A stretch of 64,000 nt of DNA from Nannocystales bacterium (GTDB lineage Bacteria; Myxococcota_A; Polyangia; Nannocystales; Nannocystaceae): the NCBI GenBank assembly GCA_050633305.1, contig JBOEGF010000024.1, positions 32,001-96,000 on the forward strand. Reading direction: 5' to 3'. Shown in pieces: positions 8,171 to 18,041 of the stretch (position 1 is its first letter; the number at the start of each line of letters is the position of its first letter). Both the position numbers and the translations under genes were made by a program. The notes beneath the pieces are model-generated. The model made no database searches. It saw nothing but the letters and a program-made list of their open reading frames with translations, and was not told where the DNA came from.

Positions 8171-9859
8171 CTAGCGGGCGGGGACGAGCAGTTGCGGGTC
8201 GACCCGGGTGTCCAGCCAGTTCATACGCCAGTCGAGGTGCGGCCCGGTGGAGCGCCCGGTGTTGCCCAGCGTGGCGATGTTCTGGCCTTGTTTGATCTCG
8301 TCGCCGACCTGCACCTTGATCTTCTGGAGGTGCAGGAACGAAGACGTCAGCCCGTGCCCGTGGTCGAGGATGATCAGGTTGCCCGCCAACGGAACATCCT
8401 CCTCGGCAAACACGACGACACCTGCAGCGGGTGACTTCACCGGGCTTCCCTTGCGGCCCGCGATGTCGATGCCCCAGTGAAAGCTCTTCTCCTCGCCATT
8501 GAGGATCCGTTTGCGGCCGTAGGTCGAGGTGATCTTTCCTCGGGCCGGCCACGCGAAGCCGCCGGCGTAGTGCGGGGTCTTCGAGACCTTGGTTCGCACC
8601 TTCTCGATGCGTTTGCGGCTCTTGGCGAGGGCGCGTTTGGTCTCTTTATCCGGGTTCACGAACTCTTCGGGTAGCCCATCGATGGCCTCGGGCTCGAACG
8701 TCCGGTCCTTCACATGGAGGATGTGGCGGATCGGAGGGGTGTCCTCGAACCCGAACGCGAGCAGTGCCCGAGGGGGAGCGTCTCTGCGGAAGCCGAACAC
8801 AAAGTCGCCCTCTTCGGAGACCCGGAGCTTCTTCTTGTTGAACCAGACCTTGGTGCCTGCTGGCGCCTTGCCGACCACCAGCCCGCCATCGGTGACCTCC
8901 CCGGTGAGCGCCACACGGGGGTCCTGTGCGGCGAGGTAGTCCTCGTCCGCCCGCAGTTCGAACCCGATGGTCTTGGTCGTGCCGTCGGGCCCGGTCAGCG
9001 TCAGTTTTCCCTGAAGCTGCATGTCGACGGGGAGGCCCGCGTCGAGGTCGAACCGGGCGCGGAGTTTGCCCTCTCCGTGGATGCGGGCGACCGGAATGCC
9101 AAACGCTTGCACCCCTGCCGCTGCGCCGTCTTCGGTGGGAAGGAACGAAACCGTGCTGGAGACCTCCAGCTGGTGGCCGTCGATCTTGCTCGCGGTGTTC
9201 TCGAGGCGCTCCCACGTCGGAACGCCGAACAGGTCGAGTTGACGTTGGACGGTCCAGTTTGCGCCCTTGCTCAGGCCCTCGTCGGGGGTGGAGACACGGA
9301 GGTGTCCCAGTGTCAGTCGAAGAGCTGAGGCCACGGTCGCCACATGGGCGTCGGCGGTGCCGGGCCAGGGCAAGGCCTCGATCGCGTGGAACTCGTCGGT
9401 CTTGAGGGGATGGGTGCCCGGCGGGTCGGTGGGCTGCAGCGCGGCGCGGAAGGCCGAGAGGAACGCCTCGTCCGCGCCGTCGGTTTGTGGCGTCGTGAGC
9501 GTGTGTGGTTTCCAGTGAAGGTTCGCGCCGTCGAGGACTTCGACCGATGTGGCGAGTCGGACGCGAGGAACGTGCAGCGTCTTCTTGCGGCCCTCGGTCA
9601 GCTTCACCTCGAGCACCAAATCCCGCACGGCACCGGGGGTGAAGGCGGACAAGGCGGCGGGAGGGGTCTTGGTCTCACCGAGCCGAACCATCGCGGCGAG
9701 CGGTTCTTCCTCCTGTTCGATGACTTCGACACCCGCGCCGACGTCGGGTTGGGCGGCCGCGGGCGGCGGAGCGGGTGGTCGTGCAGGGACTTGCTCTTCG
9801 GGCGCGTCATCGCAGCCAAAGGAGAGCGCGCACACCAAAGCGGGCAACCAACGTCGCAT
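8171..9859 (-). CDS. M23 family metallopeptidase lipoprotein
   Basis: Lipobox LSFGC. C-terminal HWGID (HxxxD), GNLIILDHGHG and TGRSTGPHL (HxH-type) motifs. Confidence 0.9.
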   Translation of the reverse strand: MRRWLPALVCALSFGCDDAPEEQVPARPPAPPPAAAQPDVGAGVEVIEQEEEPLAAMVRLGETKTPPAALSAFTPGAVRDLVLEVKLTEGRKKTLHVPRVRLATSVEVLDGANLHWKPHTLTTPQTDGADEAFLSAFRAALQPTDPPGTHPLKTDEFHAIEALPWPGTADAHVATVASALRLTLGHLRVSTPDEGLSKGANWTVQRQLDLFGVPTWERLENTASKIDGHQLEVSSTVSFLPTEDGAAAGVQAFGIPVARIHGEGKLRARFDLDAGLPVDMQLQGKLTLTGPDGTTKTIGFELRADEDYLAAQDPRVALTGEVTDGGLVVGKAPAGTKVWFNKKKLRVSEEGDFVFGFRRDAPPRALLAFGFEDTPPIRHILHVKDRTFEPEAIDGLPEEFVNPDKETKRALAKSRKRIEKVRTKVSKTPHYAGGFAWPARGKITSTYGRKRILNGEEKSFHWGIDIAGRKGSPVKSPAAGVVVFAEEDVPLAGNLIILDHGHGLTSSFLHLQKIKVQVGDEIKQGQNIATLGNTGRSTGPHLDWRMNWLDTRVDPQLLVPAR

Positions 9860-9991
9860 ACCCAAAGCATCGACCCTGGGCCGGACGTTGCGGACCGCAA
9901 ACGCGATCCGTGCCGGGGTTGTAGTCGCAACCACGACGAAGGCCGCGGTCCACAGGACGCGCGGCCTCGTGTTCCGTCGCTGCGCCGAGGC

Positions 9992-11299
9992 TCAGCGGCC
10001 GATGCCGGCGTACTTGAAGCCCATGCCTTCGAGGGCGGTGCGGTCGTATTGGTTGCGCCCGTCGATCAGCACCGGGTTTTCGCCCATGAGGCTCTTGATC
10101 TTCTCGAAGTCGGGAGACCGGTACTGACGCCACTCCGTCATGAGAAGCAGGCAATCCGCGCCTTCGACGGCCTCGTAGGGGTCGGGCACGAGCTTGAAGC
10201 TGCCGGTCTGGTCCTGAAGGTCACGCACGAAGTTCTCGCCCCCTTCAGGGTCGTGCCCGCGGACGGTCGCTCCGTCGGTGATGAGCGTCCGTGCGACCCG
10301 AAGGGCCGGCGCCTCGCGCACGTCGTCGGTGTTGGGCTTGAAGGCCAGACCCCACATCGCAAACGTCTTGCCCGCGACGTCCCCCACCAGGGTGCGAGCT
10401 TTGCGGACCATGAGGACCTTCTGCGCCTCGTTGATGCGCTCTGCGGCAGCCACCAGGCTCATGGAGAGCCCGTGCTCGCGCGCAGTGTTGATCAGCGCCC
10501 GCGTATCCTTGGGGAAGCAGCTTCCGCCGTATCCAGCGCCGGGGTACAGGAACTTATTCCCGATTCGGGGGTCCATACCCATGCCGGTGCGCACGTCTTC
10601 AACATCCGCTCCCACCAGGTCGCACAGGTTCGCGACGTCGTTGATGAACGAGATACGCGTCGCGAGGTATGCGTTTGCCGCATACTTCGTGATCTCGGCC
10701 GACCGAGGCGCCATGAAGAGGATGCGCTCCGAGGACCGGAAGAAAGGCTTGTACAGCTGATGCAGCACCTCGCGAGCCTTCTCGTCGTCGACGCCGAGCA
10801 CGACCCGGTCGGGCTTCATGAAGTCGTCGACCGCGGCTCCCTCCTTGAGGAACTCGGGGTTGGAGGCGACCACGACGTTGTGGCTGGTGGCCTCGGTCAT
10901 GATCCGGGTGACGCGCTCGGCGGTCCCGACCGGAACGGTGCTCTTGTTGACCACCACGACGTCGTGGTCGAGCTGTTCGGCCACCTGGCGGGCGGCTTCA
11001 AACAGATAGCCGAGGTTGGCCGACCCGTCGGGGCCCGAGGGCGTGCCCACGGCCATGAAGATCACCTCGCCATGTTTGGCGGCGTCGCCGTTCGACGTCG
11101 TGAACCTCAGACGTCCTGCTTTGACGTTTCGCTCGACGAGTGCCTCGAGTCCCGGCTCGTAGATCGGGATCTGCCCGTCTTCGAGCATCTTGATCTTCGA
11201 CTCGTCGATGTCCGCACACAGGACGTCATTTCCGTGGTCGGCAAAGCCGGCTGCTGCGACCAATCCCACGTAGCCTGTACCGATGACGCTGACCTTCAT
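9992..11299 (-). CDS. ugd: UDP-glucose 6-dehydrogenase
   Basis: GTGYVG, NKSTVPVGT, SNPEFLKEG, GYGGSCFPKD and GLAFKPNTDD. Confidence 0.97.
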   Translation of the reverse strand: MKVSVIGTGYVGLVAAAGFADHGNDVLCADIDESKIKMLEDGQIPIYEPGLEALVERNVKAGRLRFTTSNGDAAKHGEVIFMAVGTPSGPDGSANLGYLFEAARQVAEQLDHDVVVVNKSTVPVGTAERVTRIMTEATSHNVVVASNPEFLKEGAAVDDFMKPDRVVLGVDDEKAREVLHQLYKPFFRSSERILFMAPRSAEITKYAANAYLATRISFINDVANLCDLVGADVEDVRTGMGMDPRIGNKFLYPGAGYGGSCFPKDTRALINTAREHGLSMSLVAAAERINEAQKVLMVRKARTLVGDVAGKTFAMWGLAFKPNTDDVREAPALRVARTLITDGATVRGHDPEGGENFVRDLQDQTGSFKLVPDPYEAVEGADCLLLMTEWRQYRSPDFEKIKSLMGENPVLIDGRNQYDRTALEGMGFKYAGIGR

Positions 11300-11340
11300 A
11301 GATGCGGGGACTGTACGGTAAAAGGAAGGGGGCTGCCACG

Positions 11341-13014
11341 GTGAGCGACGCGTCGAATGGGGACTCTGACCTGCTGACGTCCCCCCTCGAGGGGGCGTCT
11401 GTGGGGCGCTTGTTCGTGATCGGAGGGCCGATCTGCCTCGCGGTTGCGATCGCGCTCAGTCTTTGGGTGTCCTACTTGCACGTGCGTTTCACCGCGGTGG
11501 TGCAGGCGCCCGGGGCCATGCAGCCCGGCCGCCCCTTCGTGGTCCGGACGCAGGTGGTGCCCGAAGGGTCGGCGCCTCTTCCCCCGCTGGAGGGGGAGGC
11601 GTGGCTGGAGCGGGAGGGGGAGCGCCTCGACTTGGGGCCGCTGAGCTCGGCTCGCACCGATGGGATCATGCAGGCGACGGTGACGACCCCGTCCCTGGAA
11701 CCGGGCCCCGCGTCCCTGCATGTCGCCCTTCGCTCGGCCAACGGCGAGGGGATGGAGCCGATGCTCGAATCGGTCGAGGTCCTCATCGAAGACCCGCTTC
11801 CGGGCATCGAGCCCAAGCCCCTTGTCGCTGGGTCCACGTTGCAACACGGTGACGACTCTCAGCCGCAGCCTCCGGGGGCGCGCATTGTCGTCCGCTCACA
11901 CGGGCGGCTCCTGTCCGAGTTCGACAACACCTTGTACGTCCGCGTCACCAAACCGGACGGCACGCCGTGGGTCGGCGAGGTCGAGGTGGCGTTGGTCAGC
12001 GGGGCATTCGCGGGGAGCAAGGCCCGTGACGGCGAGACCCCCGTGTTGGCCCGCGGCGCGCTCGACCCCTGGGGGGTGTTTCCGGTTCGTGGCTTGCTCG
12101 CCTCCGCGGTGTTGCGCGTCGAGGTACGGGTCCTCGGAAGCGGGGACAAGCCGTTGCACCGACGCACGGCTCGCATGGTGAGCTTCGCCGGAGGTGTCGT
12201 CCTGCGCCCGAGCGTGTTGGCGGTGTCGCCGAGTGAGCCCTCCCTCGAACTCAGCCTCGAGTCTCTTCGCCGGAAGCGGCCGGTGTTCGTCGATGTGCAT
12301 GGCCCCGCAGGAGCGTGGATCTCGACGGTCACGCCGCCGCTGCGGGTCGGTGAGGAGCCGCGCCCTTGGACCTCGCAGCGTGTGGCCCCCGGCATCCTTC
12401 AGTTCGAAGCGTATCCCGCCCCGCATGCGCCCGGCGAGAGCACCGCGCTCGCGCGGGTGCAGGTCGTCGAAGGCGAGCCGGGTGCCCGTTCCTCGTTGAA
12501 GCCCTTGGTGTCGTTGCAACGCGCGGGCCTGCACGCCCCGAGGGTCGAAGCCCACTACGACGCTGAACTCGAGGAAAAATACTGGGCCGCGATCGAGGAC
12601 ATCGAGCTCACACCGAAGCAGGTCTCCGCCGCCCGTGCGTACCTACTCGGCACGCTGCCCCTTTCTGCGTACGGGCCCGAGGTTGCGTTGGTCAACCGCG
12701 AGCGGGTGCTCGGCGCGATGGCCTCCAAGAAGCGAAACTGGACGATCGGGATGCGCTGGGTCCTGCTCGGCGGCGGCGGGTTGTTCCTCGCCCTGATGAC
12801 CCTGACCATGGTGCGCGCGCATGCCCGGGGAGCCGCTGCCACCGTCGAAGCGCTCGGTCGGATCGATGGGGAGGCGGCCCGGGCGGAGGCTGAACTCGCC
12901 GTGACCCAGGCGCAGCGGGCCGCGTTTTGGCGGGGCCTCGTGGTGATCGTGGTCATGGCGCTGGCCTTGGCCGGCACCACGCTGATGCTCGAGTCTCTGC
13001 TGTGGGCCCACTGA
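11341..13014 (+). CDS. Hypothetical membrane protein (N-terminal TM, large beta-rich periplasmic region, two C-terminal TMs)
   Basis: Long GC3-rich ORF with hydrophobic segments at both ends. No family recognised. Confidence 0.75.
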   Translation: MSDASNGDSDLLTSPLEGASVGRLFVIGGPICLAVAIALSLWVSYLHVRFTAVVQAPGAMQPGRPFVVRTQVVPEGSAPLPPLEGEAWLEREGERLDLGPLSSARTDGIMQATVTTPSLEPGPASLHVALRSANGEGMEPMLESVEVLIEDPLPGIEPKPLVAGSTLQHGDDSQPQPPGARIVVRSHGRLLSEFDNTLYVRVTKPDGTPWVGEVEVALVSGAFAGSKARDGETPVLARGALDPWGVFPVRGLLASAVLRVEVRVLGSGDKPLHRRTARMVSFAGGVVLRPSVLAVSPSEPSLELSLESLRRKRPVFVDVHGPAGAWISTVTPPLRVGEEPRPWTSQRVAPGILQFEAYPAPHAPGESTALARVQVVEGEPGARSSLKPLVSLQRAGLHAPRVEAHYDAELEEKYWAAIEDIELTPKQVSAARAYLLGTLPLSAYGPEVALVNRERVLGAMASKKRNWTIGMRWVLLGGGGLFLALMTLTMVRAHARGAAATVEALGRIDGEAARAEAELAVTQAQRAAFWRGLVVIVVMALALAGTTLMLESLLWAH

Positions 13015-13191
13015 GCAGCGCCGACTCGGATGGCCCAGCGCGTGACGATGCAGGGGGGCCGCTTGGCAAACCAGAGCCGACGCGACTCGCGGCGCCGCGC
13101 GTTGGTGAACACGCCCGCGGCGCAATGAGCTTGGCCCTCACGATGTGACGGTTGCTTGCGCACCGCGGGGTCGATGAGGCACACCGGTCGG

Positions 13192-14190
13192 GTGACGGCA
13201 CCACGCGCCATGATCCTCGCCGCCGGATTCGGCACCCGTTTAGGGGCGTTGTCGGAGCAGCGCCCCAAACCCATGCTGCCGATCTGCGGGACGCCGCTGG
13301 TGCGTTGGTCCGCTCGGTGGCTGGCTCACCATGGCGTGCAGGACGTGACGGTGAACCTGCACCACCTCGGGGAGCAGATCGAAGCCGAACTCGGGGACGG
13401 ATCCCAGATCGGGACGCGGGTGCACTACTCCCACGAAGAGGGGATGATCCTCGGGACCGGCGGTGGCCTCCGAAACGCGCGTGAACTGATCGACGGCGGG
13501 GACGGTGAGCCCATCGTGGTGGTCAACGGGAAGATCATGGTCGACTTCGACCTGCGCGCTCTGATCGCGAAGCACCGGGAAAGCGGTGCGGAGGCCACGA
13601 TGGTGCTTCGTCCCGACCCCGATGCCACGAAGTGGGGAAGCCTGCAGCTCGACGATGATGGGCGGGTTGTTCGCCTGTTGCAGGGCATTCCGGACGCAGA
13701 CCCGCAAGCGCAGCCGAGCTCTGAGCCGCTCATGTTCACCGGGATTCATGTGTTTGAACCCCGGTTCCTCGACCGCATTCCTCCCGAAGGCGAGCAGTGC
13801 ATCGTCCGGACGGCGTATCGCCAGCTCTTCCATGAGGGTCGCGGCCTGCACGGCGTCATCAGTGAGCACTACTGGTGGGAGCACTCCACACCTGAGCGCT
13901 ATCTCCAAGGGGTGGCGAACGTGCTCGATGGCAAGGCGCACTTGCCCCACGCCGAGCACCCGCTGCGCGGAGTCTCCGAAACGGCAACCGTCGATCCCTC
14001 GGCTGAGATTGAGGAGCCGGTGTGGATCGGCCCGGAGGTCACCGTGGGAGCGGGCGCGCGCATCGGGCCGCACGTTCAGTTGGGACGCGGTGTTGTCGTG
14101 GAGCCCGGTGCCGTGGTCGAGCGCGCGATTGCGTGGGAGGGTGCGCGCCTGTCGGGAATCGTCCGCGATACGGTCGTGCCGTCCCCCTGA
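13192..14190 (+). CDS. NDP-sugar synthase / sugar-phosphate nucleotidyltransferase with C-terminal hexapeptide repeats
   Basis: AMILAAGFGTRLGALSEQRPKPMLP, ILGTGGGL and a C-terminal LbH-like region. Start could be 13174. Confidence 0.9.
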   Translation: MTAPRAMILAAGFGTRLGALSEQRPKPMLPICGTPLVRWSARWLAHHGVQDVTVNLHHLGEQIEAELGDGSQIGTRVHYSHEEGMILGTGGGLRNARELIDGGDGEPIVVVNGKIMVDFDLRALIAKHRESGAEATMVLRPDPDATKWGSLQLDDDGRVVRLLQGIPDADPQAQPSSEPLMFTGIHVFEPRFLDRIPPEGEQCIVRTAYRQLFHEGRGLHGVISEHYWWEHSTPERYLQGVANVLDGKAHLPHAEHPLRGVSETATVDPSAEIEEPVWIGPEVTVGAGARIGPHVQLGRGVVVEPGAVVERAIAWEGARLSGIVRDTVVPSP

Positions 14191-14263
14191 ACGCAAAACC
14201 CGCGTCGCCGCGAATCTGTGCCAAACCTGCGCGTTGCGTCTGACTCCGGTATCCTGAGTCTCG

Positions 14264-15805
14264 ATGGTCGATGGTGTCGAGCGGGAAGGCGGCGCGTCTG
14301 CACCCGATGGCCAGGTGCCGATCATCCTGGTGTGCTCGACAGATGATGTGGAGCTTGCGGATACGGCAGCTGCGGGCCTGCGAAGCCGAGGCTTCGATGT
14401 TGCGGTGATGGGCGCGGCCGAGGATGGAAGTGCCCGGCTGGCGGAGGTCGTGCAGCGGTTTGAGCGCCAGGGCCTCTACGTCCTGTGCCGTGGCGGCCAA
14501 CTCGACCGCGACGGCATCGACAGACTTCGGGGCATGCTCCGCTCCGAGGACGTCCCGTTCGGCCGGACTCTGACGCTGGGAACCGGTCAGGGCGGAGCCC
14601 GTGGGTTGGAGGAGCGGGTTGTCTCCGTGGCTCGCCGAATGGTGACCGGTCGTTTCGAGCGCACCAATGCGGAGCTCGCCGACGACGAATCGCTGGCGGA
14701 TGCTGGGCCGCCAGGCGACGCCGACGCTGGGGTCGGGGCCGGCGAAGTGGACCGTTGGGCAGATTCTTTGGCGGATGGTGACGCTCCAGATGCCGATCTC
14801 GACTTCGGCGAGGAGTTGCCGACGCAAGTGGCCGAAACCCCGCTGCTTGGGTCGGAGCCGGGTTTCGATCCGGGCCCCGAGACCGACCCCTCGTTGACGC
14901 CCGGGCACGGCGGCGACTACGAACGCGTCGACACCACGTTGGTGACGCGGCACCCGATCACGTTTCCCGCGGCGAGTGAAGAGTCGTCCGCGCCGACCCC
15001 TGCAGCTGCTGCGCACACCCCCGTGTCCACGCCCACCCCCGAGGACGATGACATCGATGCGTCGGAGTTTTCCTCGGGTCCCAACCCCCGACTGGTCGTC
15101 GGTGGAGGACTTGCCCTCGTGTTGATCATCGCCCTCGTCATTGCGTTCTCCGGGTCCGACGACCCCGCCCCGTCCCCCGCCAACGCAACTGCAGACGCGG
15201 ATGCCGAAGTTGTCGCCGTTCACGAAGACGACAGCGCGGGGGAGGCGACCCCTCAGGACGCAGCCGCAAGCGACGTAAGGGCTCCGAGCGAGCCGGAGCC
15301 GGCGAAGCCGGCCGAGCCCGAGCCCGAGCCTGCGTCCGAGTCCGAGTCCGAGTCCGAGCCCGAGCCTGCTGAGGGCACGCGGCGCCCCCTCGCCCATCGC
15401 AGCAAGGTCGACCCGGCGCTCCTCGGAGACGCGGTGTTGTCGCCGACCGCACCCGAAGAGCGGGCTGCGATCGCCCAAGCTTTGGAGGAACGCGAGGTCC
15501 GCTCATGGAACGCATTCCTCATCGCGGGTGACGATGCGCCCAGCATGACCTTCAGTGATGCGGAGACCTTCTGTAAGACGCTGAGCGCAGGGGGGATTTC
15601 TGGGTGGCGGCTGCCCTCGGTCGGAGAGCTGCTGTCGATCACTGGGGCTAAGCTTCTCGACCGCAAGGGCGTGTTCTGGAGTGAGACGCCCGGGGACGCG
15701 TACGGCGACACCCGGCTGGTGGTGAACGCGAAGAAAGGCAGCACAAGTGCTGTCACGGTCGGTTGGGATGGCGCTCGGCCCGTGTGTGTACGCGTCCGCG
15801 AGTGA
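14264..15805 (+). CDS. Single-pass membrane protein with C-terminal DUF1566 (Lcl-like) domain
   Basis: Alpha/beta N-domain, acidic linker, TM (LVVGGGLALVLIIALVIAF), EP repeats, then TFSDAETFCKTL..GWRLPSVGELLSI..CVR. Confidence 0.8.
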   Translation: MVDGVEREGGASAPDGQVPIILVCSTDDVELADTAAAGLRSRGFDVAVMGAAEDGSARLAEVVQRFERQGLYVLCRGGQLDRDGIDRLRGMLRSEDVPFGRTLTLGTGQGGARGLEERVVSVARRMVTGRFERTNAELADDESLADAGPPGDADAGVGAGEVDRWADSLADGDAPDADLDFGEELPTQVAETPLLGSEPGFDPGPETDPSLTPGHGGDYERVDTTLVTRHPITFPAASEESSAPTPAAAAHTPVSTPTPEDDDIDASEFSSGPNPRLVVGGGLALVLIIALVIAFSGSDDPAPSPANATADADAEVVAVHEDDSAGEATPQDAAASDVRAPSEPEPAKPAEPEPEPASESESESEPEPAEGTRRPLAHRSKVDPALLGDAVLSPTAPEERAAIAQALEEREVRSWNAFLIAGDDAPSMTFSDAETFCKTLSAGGISGWRLPSVGELLSITGAKLLDRKGVFWSETPGDAYGDTRLVVNAKKGSTSAVTVGWDGARPVCVRVRE

Positions 15806-15854
15806 GCCCACACGCTTTGCGCAAACCCAAGGAAGCTGCCAAGCTTCGCAAACC

Positions 15855-17798
15855 ATGCGCGAGCACGGATACGGTCGATGGAGCGCGGTCCTTCTCGGTT
15901 TGGTGCTGAGCGCGTGTGGGCGGTCGGGTACGGAGCCCTTCCTCATCTCCGCAGCGGGCACCACGAGTGGCTCCTCGACGGGCGGAGACTCGACCTCTGA
16001 TTTCCCCGGGTCGAGCTCGTCCGGCTTTTTCGGCACCACGAGTAGCTCGGGGTTCTTCGGCTCGACGAGCTCGGACTCTGGTTCGTCTTCCGAGAGCAGC
16101 GGCAGCGGCAGCAGTGGTAGCAGCAGTTCCAGCTCCTCGACCGGAAATCCGGACTGCGACAACGGAGTCTGGGAGGGCAACACCAGTGTCGTCAACGAGG
16201 CTGAGCTCGCCTCGCTCCAGGGCTTCACCCACATCACCGGCAACCTCGTGCTGTTCGGAATCGACGGCGCGACGGACCTCGAGCCCCTCGAGTGTTTGGA
16301 GTCCGTCGGTGGGGTCGTCGAGATCCGCCAGAACCCAGACCTCACCAGCTTGCAGGGGCTCCATCGCCTGCAAAGCATCGCTGGGTTTCTGCACGTTGGG
16401 GACAACCCCGAACTGCTGGGTGTCGGCCTCGACAACCTGGCCTCGGTCGGGGACTTCCTCTTCATCCAGAACAACGCGTCGTTGCTCTCGCTCCTCGGGT
16501 TGAGTGACCTCGGCTCGGTCGGCGGCCGTCTGCGGGTGTGGAACAACGACAACCTCGCTTCGGTCGACGGGCTCGACAACCTGAGCGGGTCGGTCACCGG
16601 GGTGGAGATTGGCGAGAACTCCTTCCTGGAAAACCTCGACGCTCTGTCCGGACTCACGCAGGTCGCGGGCCCGGTCATCATCGAAGGAAACGGCTTCCTT
16701 TCCAACGTGTCCGGGCTCAGTGGGCTGAGCGGGAACCTCACCGGGATTCGGATTCAGCACAACTCGCAGCTGGGCAACTTCAACCCGTTGTCCGGGATCA
16801 CAAGCGTGGGTGGCTCTGGAGTTCGGGTTCAGGGCAACAACAACCTCAACAGCATCGGCGGCCTGGCCAACATCCAATCCATCGGTGGGAACCTGTGGAT
16901 CGAGAGCAACAACGGCTTGTCCTCCCTCGATGGTGCCGAGGCCGTGGAGGACGTGGGCGGCAGCGTCGTCGTGCGTACCAACGACAGCCTGATCGACGCC
17001 AGCGGCATCGCGGGTCTCCAAGACGTGAACTTCTGGCTCGTTGTCGAAGGCAACGCGCAGCTCGCTTCCCTCGACTTTCCCCAGCTGCAGTCGGTGGGCG
17101 GGATCATGAGCATTTCGTTCAACGCCTCGTTGCTGAGCCTCGGAGGCTTTCCGCAGCTCCAGGAAGTGGGGGAGCTCCTTCGCGTGCTGACCAACGGTTC
17201 GCTGGTCAGCATCAACGGATTCGGTGGACTCGAGTTCCTCGAAGGAGACCTGCGCATCGAGGGCAACCCGCAGCTTGCAACGGTCAACGGGTTCAACTCT
17301 TTGGAGGACGTCCAGGGACGAATCTCGGTGCAGAACAACGCCCAGCTGCTGCACGTCGATGGTCTGACAAACCTCGGGTTCGTGGGCGAGCGTGTCATCT
17401 TCATCAACAACGACGCCATGGTCCGTATCGACTTGGGCAGTCTCGACAACGTCGTCGGGGGGCTGCAGGTGCGCGAGAGCGACACGATCGTCGACATCTC
17501 GATGCCTCAGTTACAAACGGTGGGCGACTTCCTGTACTTGGGAGAAAACGCTTCGCTGCAGAATGCGGGCGACTTCGGTTCCCTGACCTCGGTCGGAGGG
17601 AACTTCACGGTTCGAAACAGCAACGTGCTCAACTCGGTGGCCGGGTTTGGCTCCCTGTCCACTGTGGGCGGAAACTTCGGGATCACGGGCAACCCGGCAC
17701 TCCCGACGTGCAACGCCCAGACGTTGTTGCTTCAGCTCATCGCCGTCGGCGGAACGACGACCATCTCCGGCAACCTCGCCGACGCTTGTGGAGCCTAG
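15855..17798 (+). CDS. Lipoprotein with many receptor-L-domain / LRR-like repeats
   Basis: Lipobox VLSAC, Ser-rich linker and recurring LxxVGGxLxIxxNxxLxSLxG units capped by Cys. Confidence 0.88.
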   Translation: MREHGYGRWSAVLLGLVLSACGRSGTEPFLISAAGTTSGSSTGGDSTSDFPGSSSSGFFGTTSSSGFFGSTSSDSGSSSESSGSGSSGSSSSSSSTGNPDCDNGVWEGNTSVVNEAELASLQGFTHITGNLVLFGIDGATDLEPLECLESVGGVVEIRQNPDLTSLQGLHRLQSIAGFLHVGDNPELLGVGLDNLASVGDFLFIQNNASLLSLLGLSDLGSVGGRLRVWNNDNLASVDGLDNLSGSVTGVEIGENSFLENLDALSGLTQVAGPVIIEGNGFLSNVSGLSGLSGNLTGIRIQHNSQLGNFNPLSGITSVGGSGVRVQGNNNLNSIGGLANIQSIGGNLWIESNNGLSSLDGAEAVEDVGGSVVVRTNDSLIDASGIAGLQDVNFWLVVEGNAQLASLDFPQLQSVGGIMSISFNASLLSLGGFPQLQEVGELLRVLTNGSLVSINGFGGLEFLEGDLRIEGNPQLATVNGFNSLEDVQGRISVQNNAQLLHVDGLTNLGFVGERVIFINNDAMVRIDLGSLDNVVGGLQVRESDTIVDISMPQLQTVGDFLYLGENASLQNAGDFGSLTSVGGNFTVRNSNVLNSVAGFGSLSTVGGNFGITGNPALPTCNAQTLLLQLIAVGGTTTISGNLADACGA

Positions 17799-18041
17799 CA
17801 GGGTGAGGAAAAAGTCCCACGCAGTGCATGACGGTATCATCGCCATGCAGAGCTTCGTTTCTCATCGGTCACTGGTGTCCAGCCCGTGGTGAAATCCAAC
17901 ACGACGTCTCACCCGTCTTTTTCGCTCCTGGCGGCATCGCCAAAACTCCCAGTCCACGGGTTTCAGCAGCGTCTTGGCTCCGACCTCGGAACCAGAGCAA
18001 GCTCGCGATCCGCCGCGCTGGGTTTCGCCACGGACTGCTAG

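Noticed and set aside
9344..11344. 666-aa plus-strand ORF
   Set aside because: Shadow of ugd and the M23 gene.
15286..15372. GAGCCC/GAGTCC hexamer repeats
   Set aside because: These are an ordinary Glu-Pro/Glu-Ser linker within a CDS, not an independent element.
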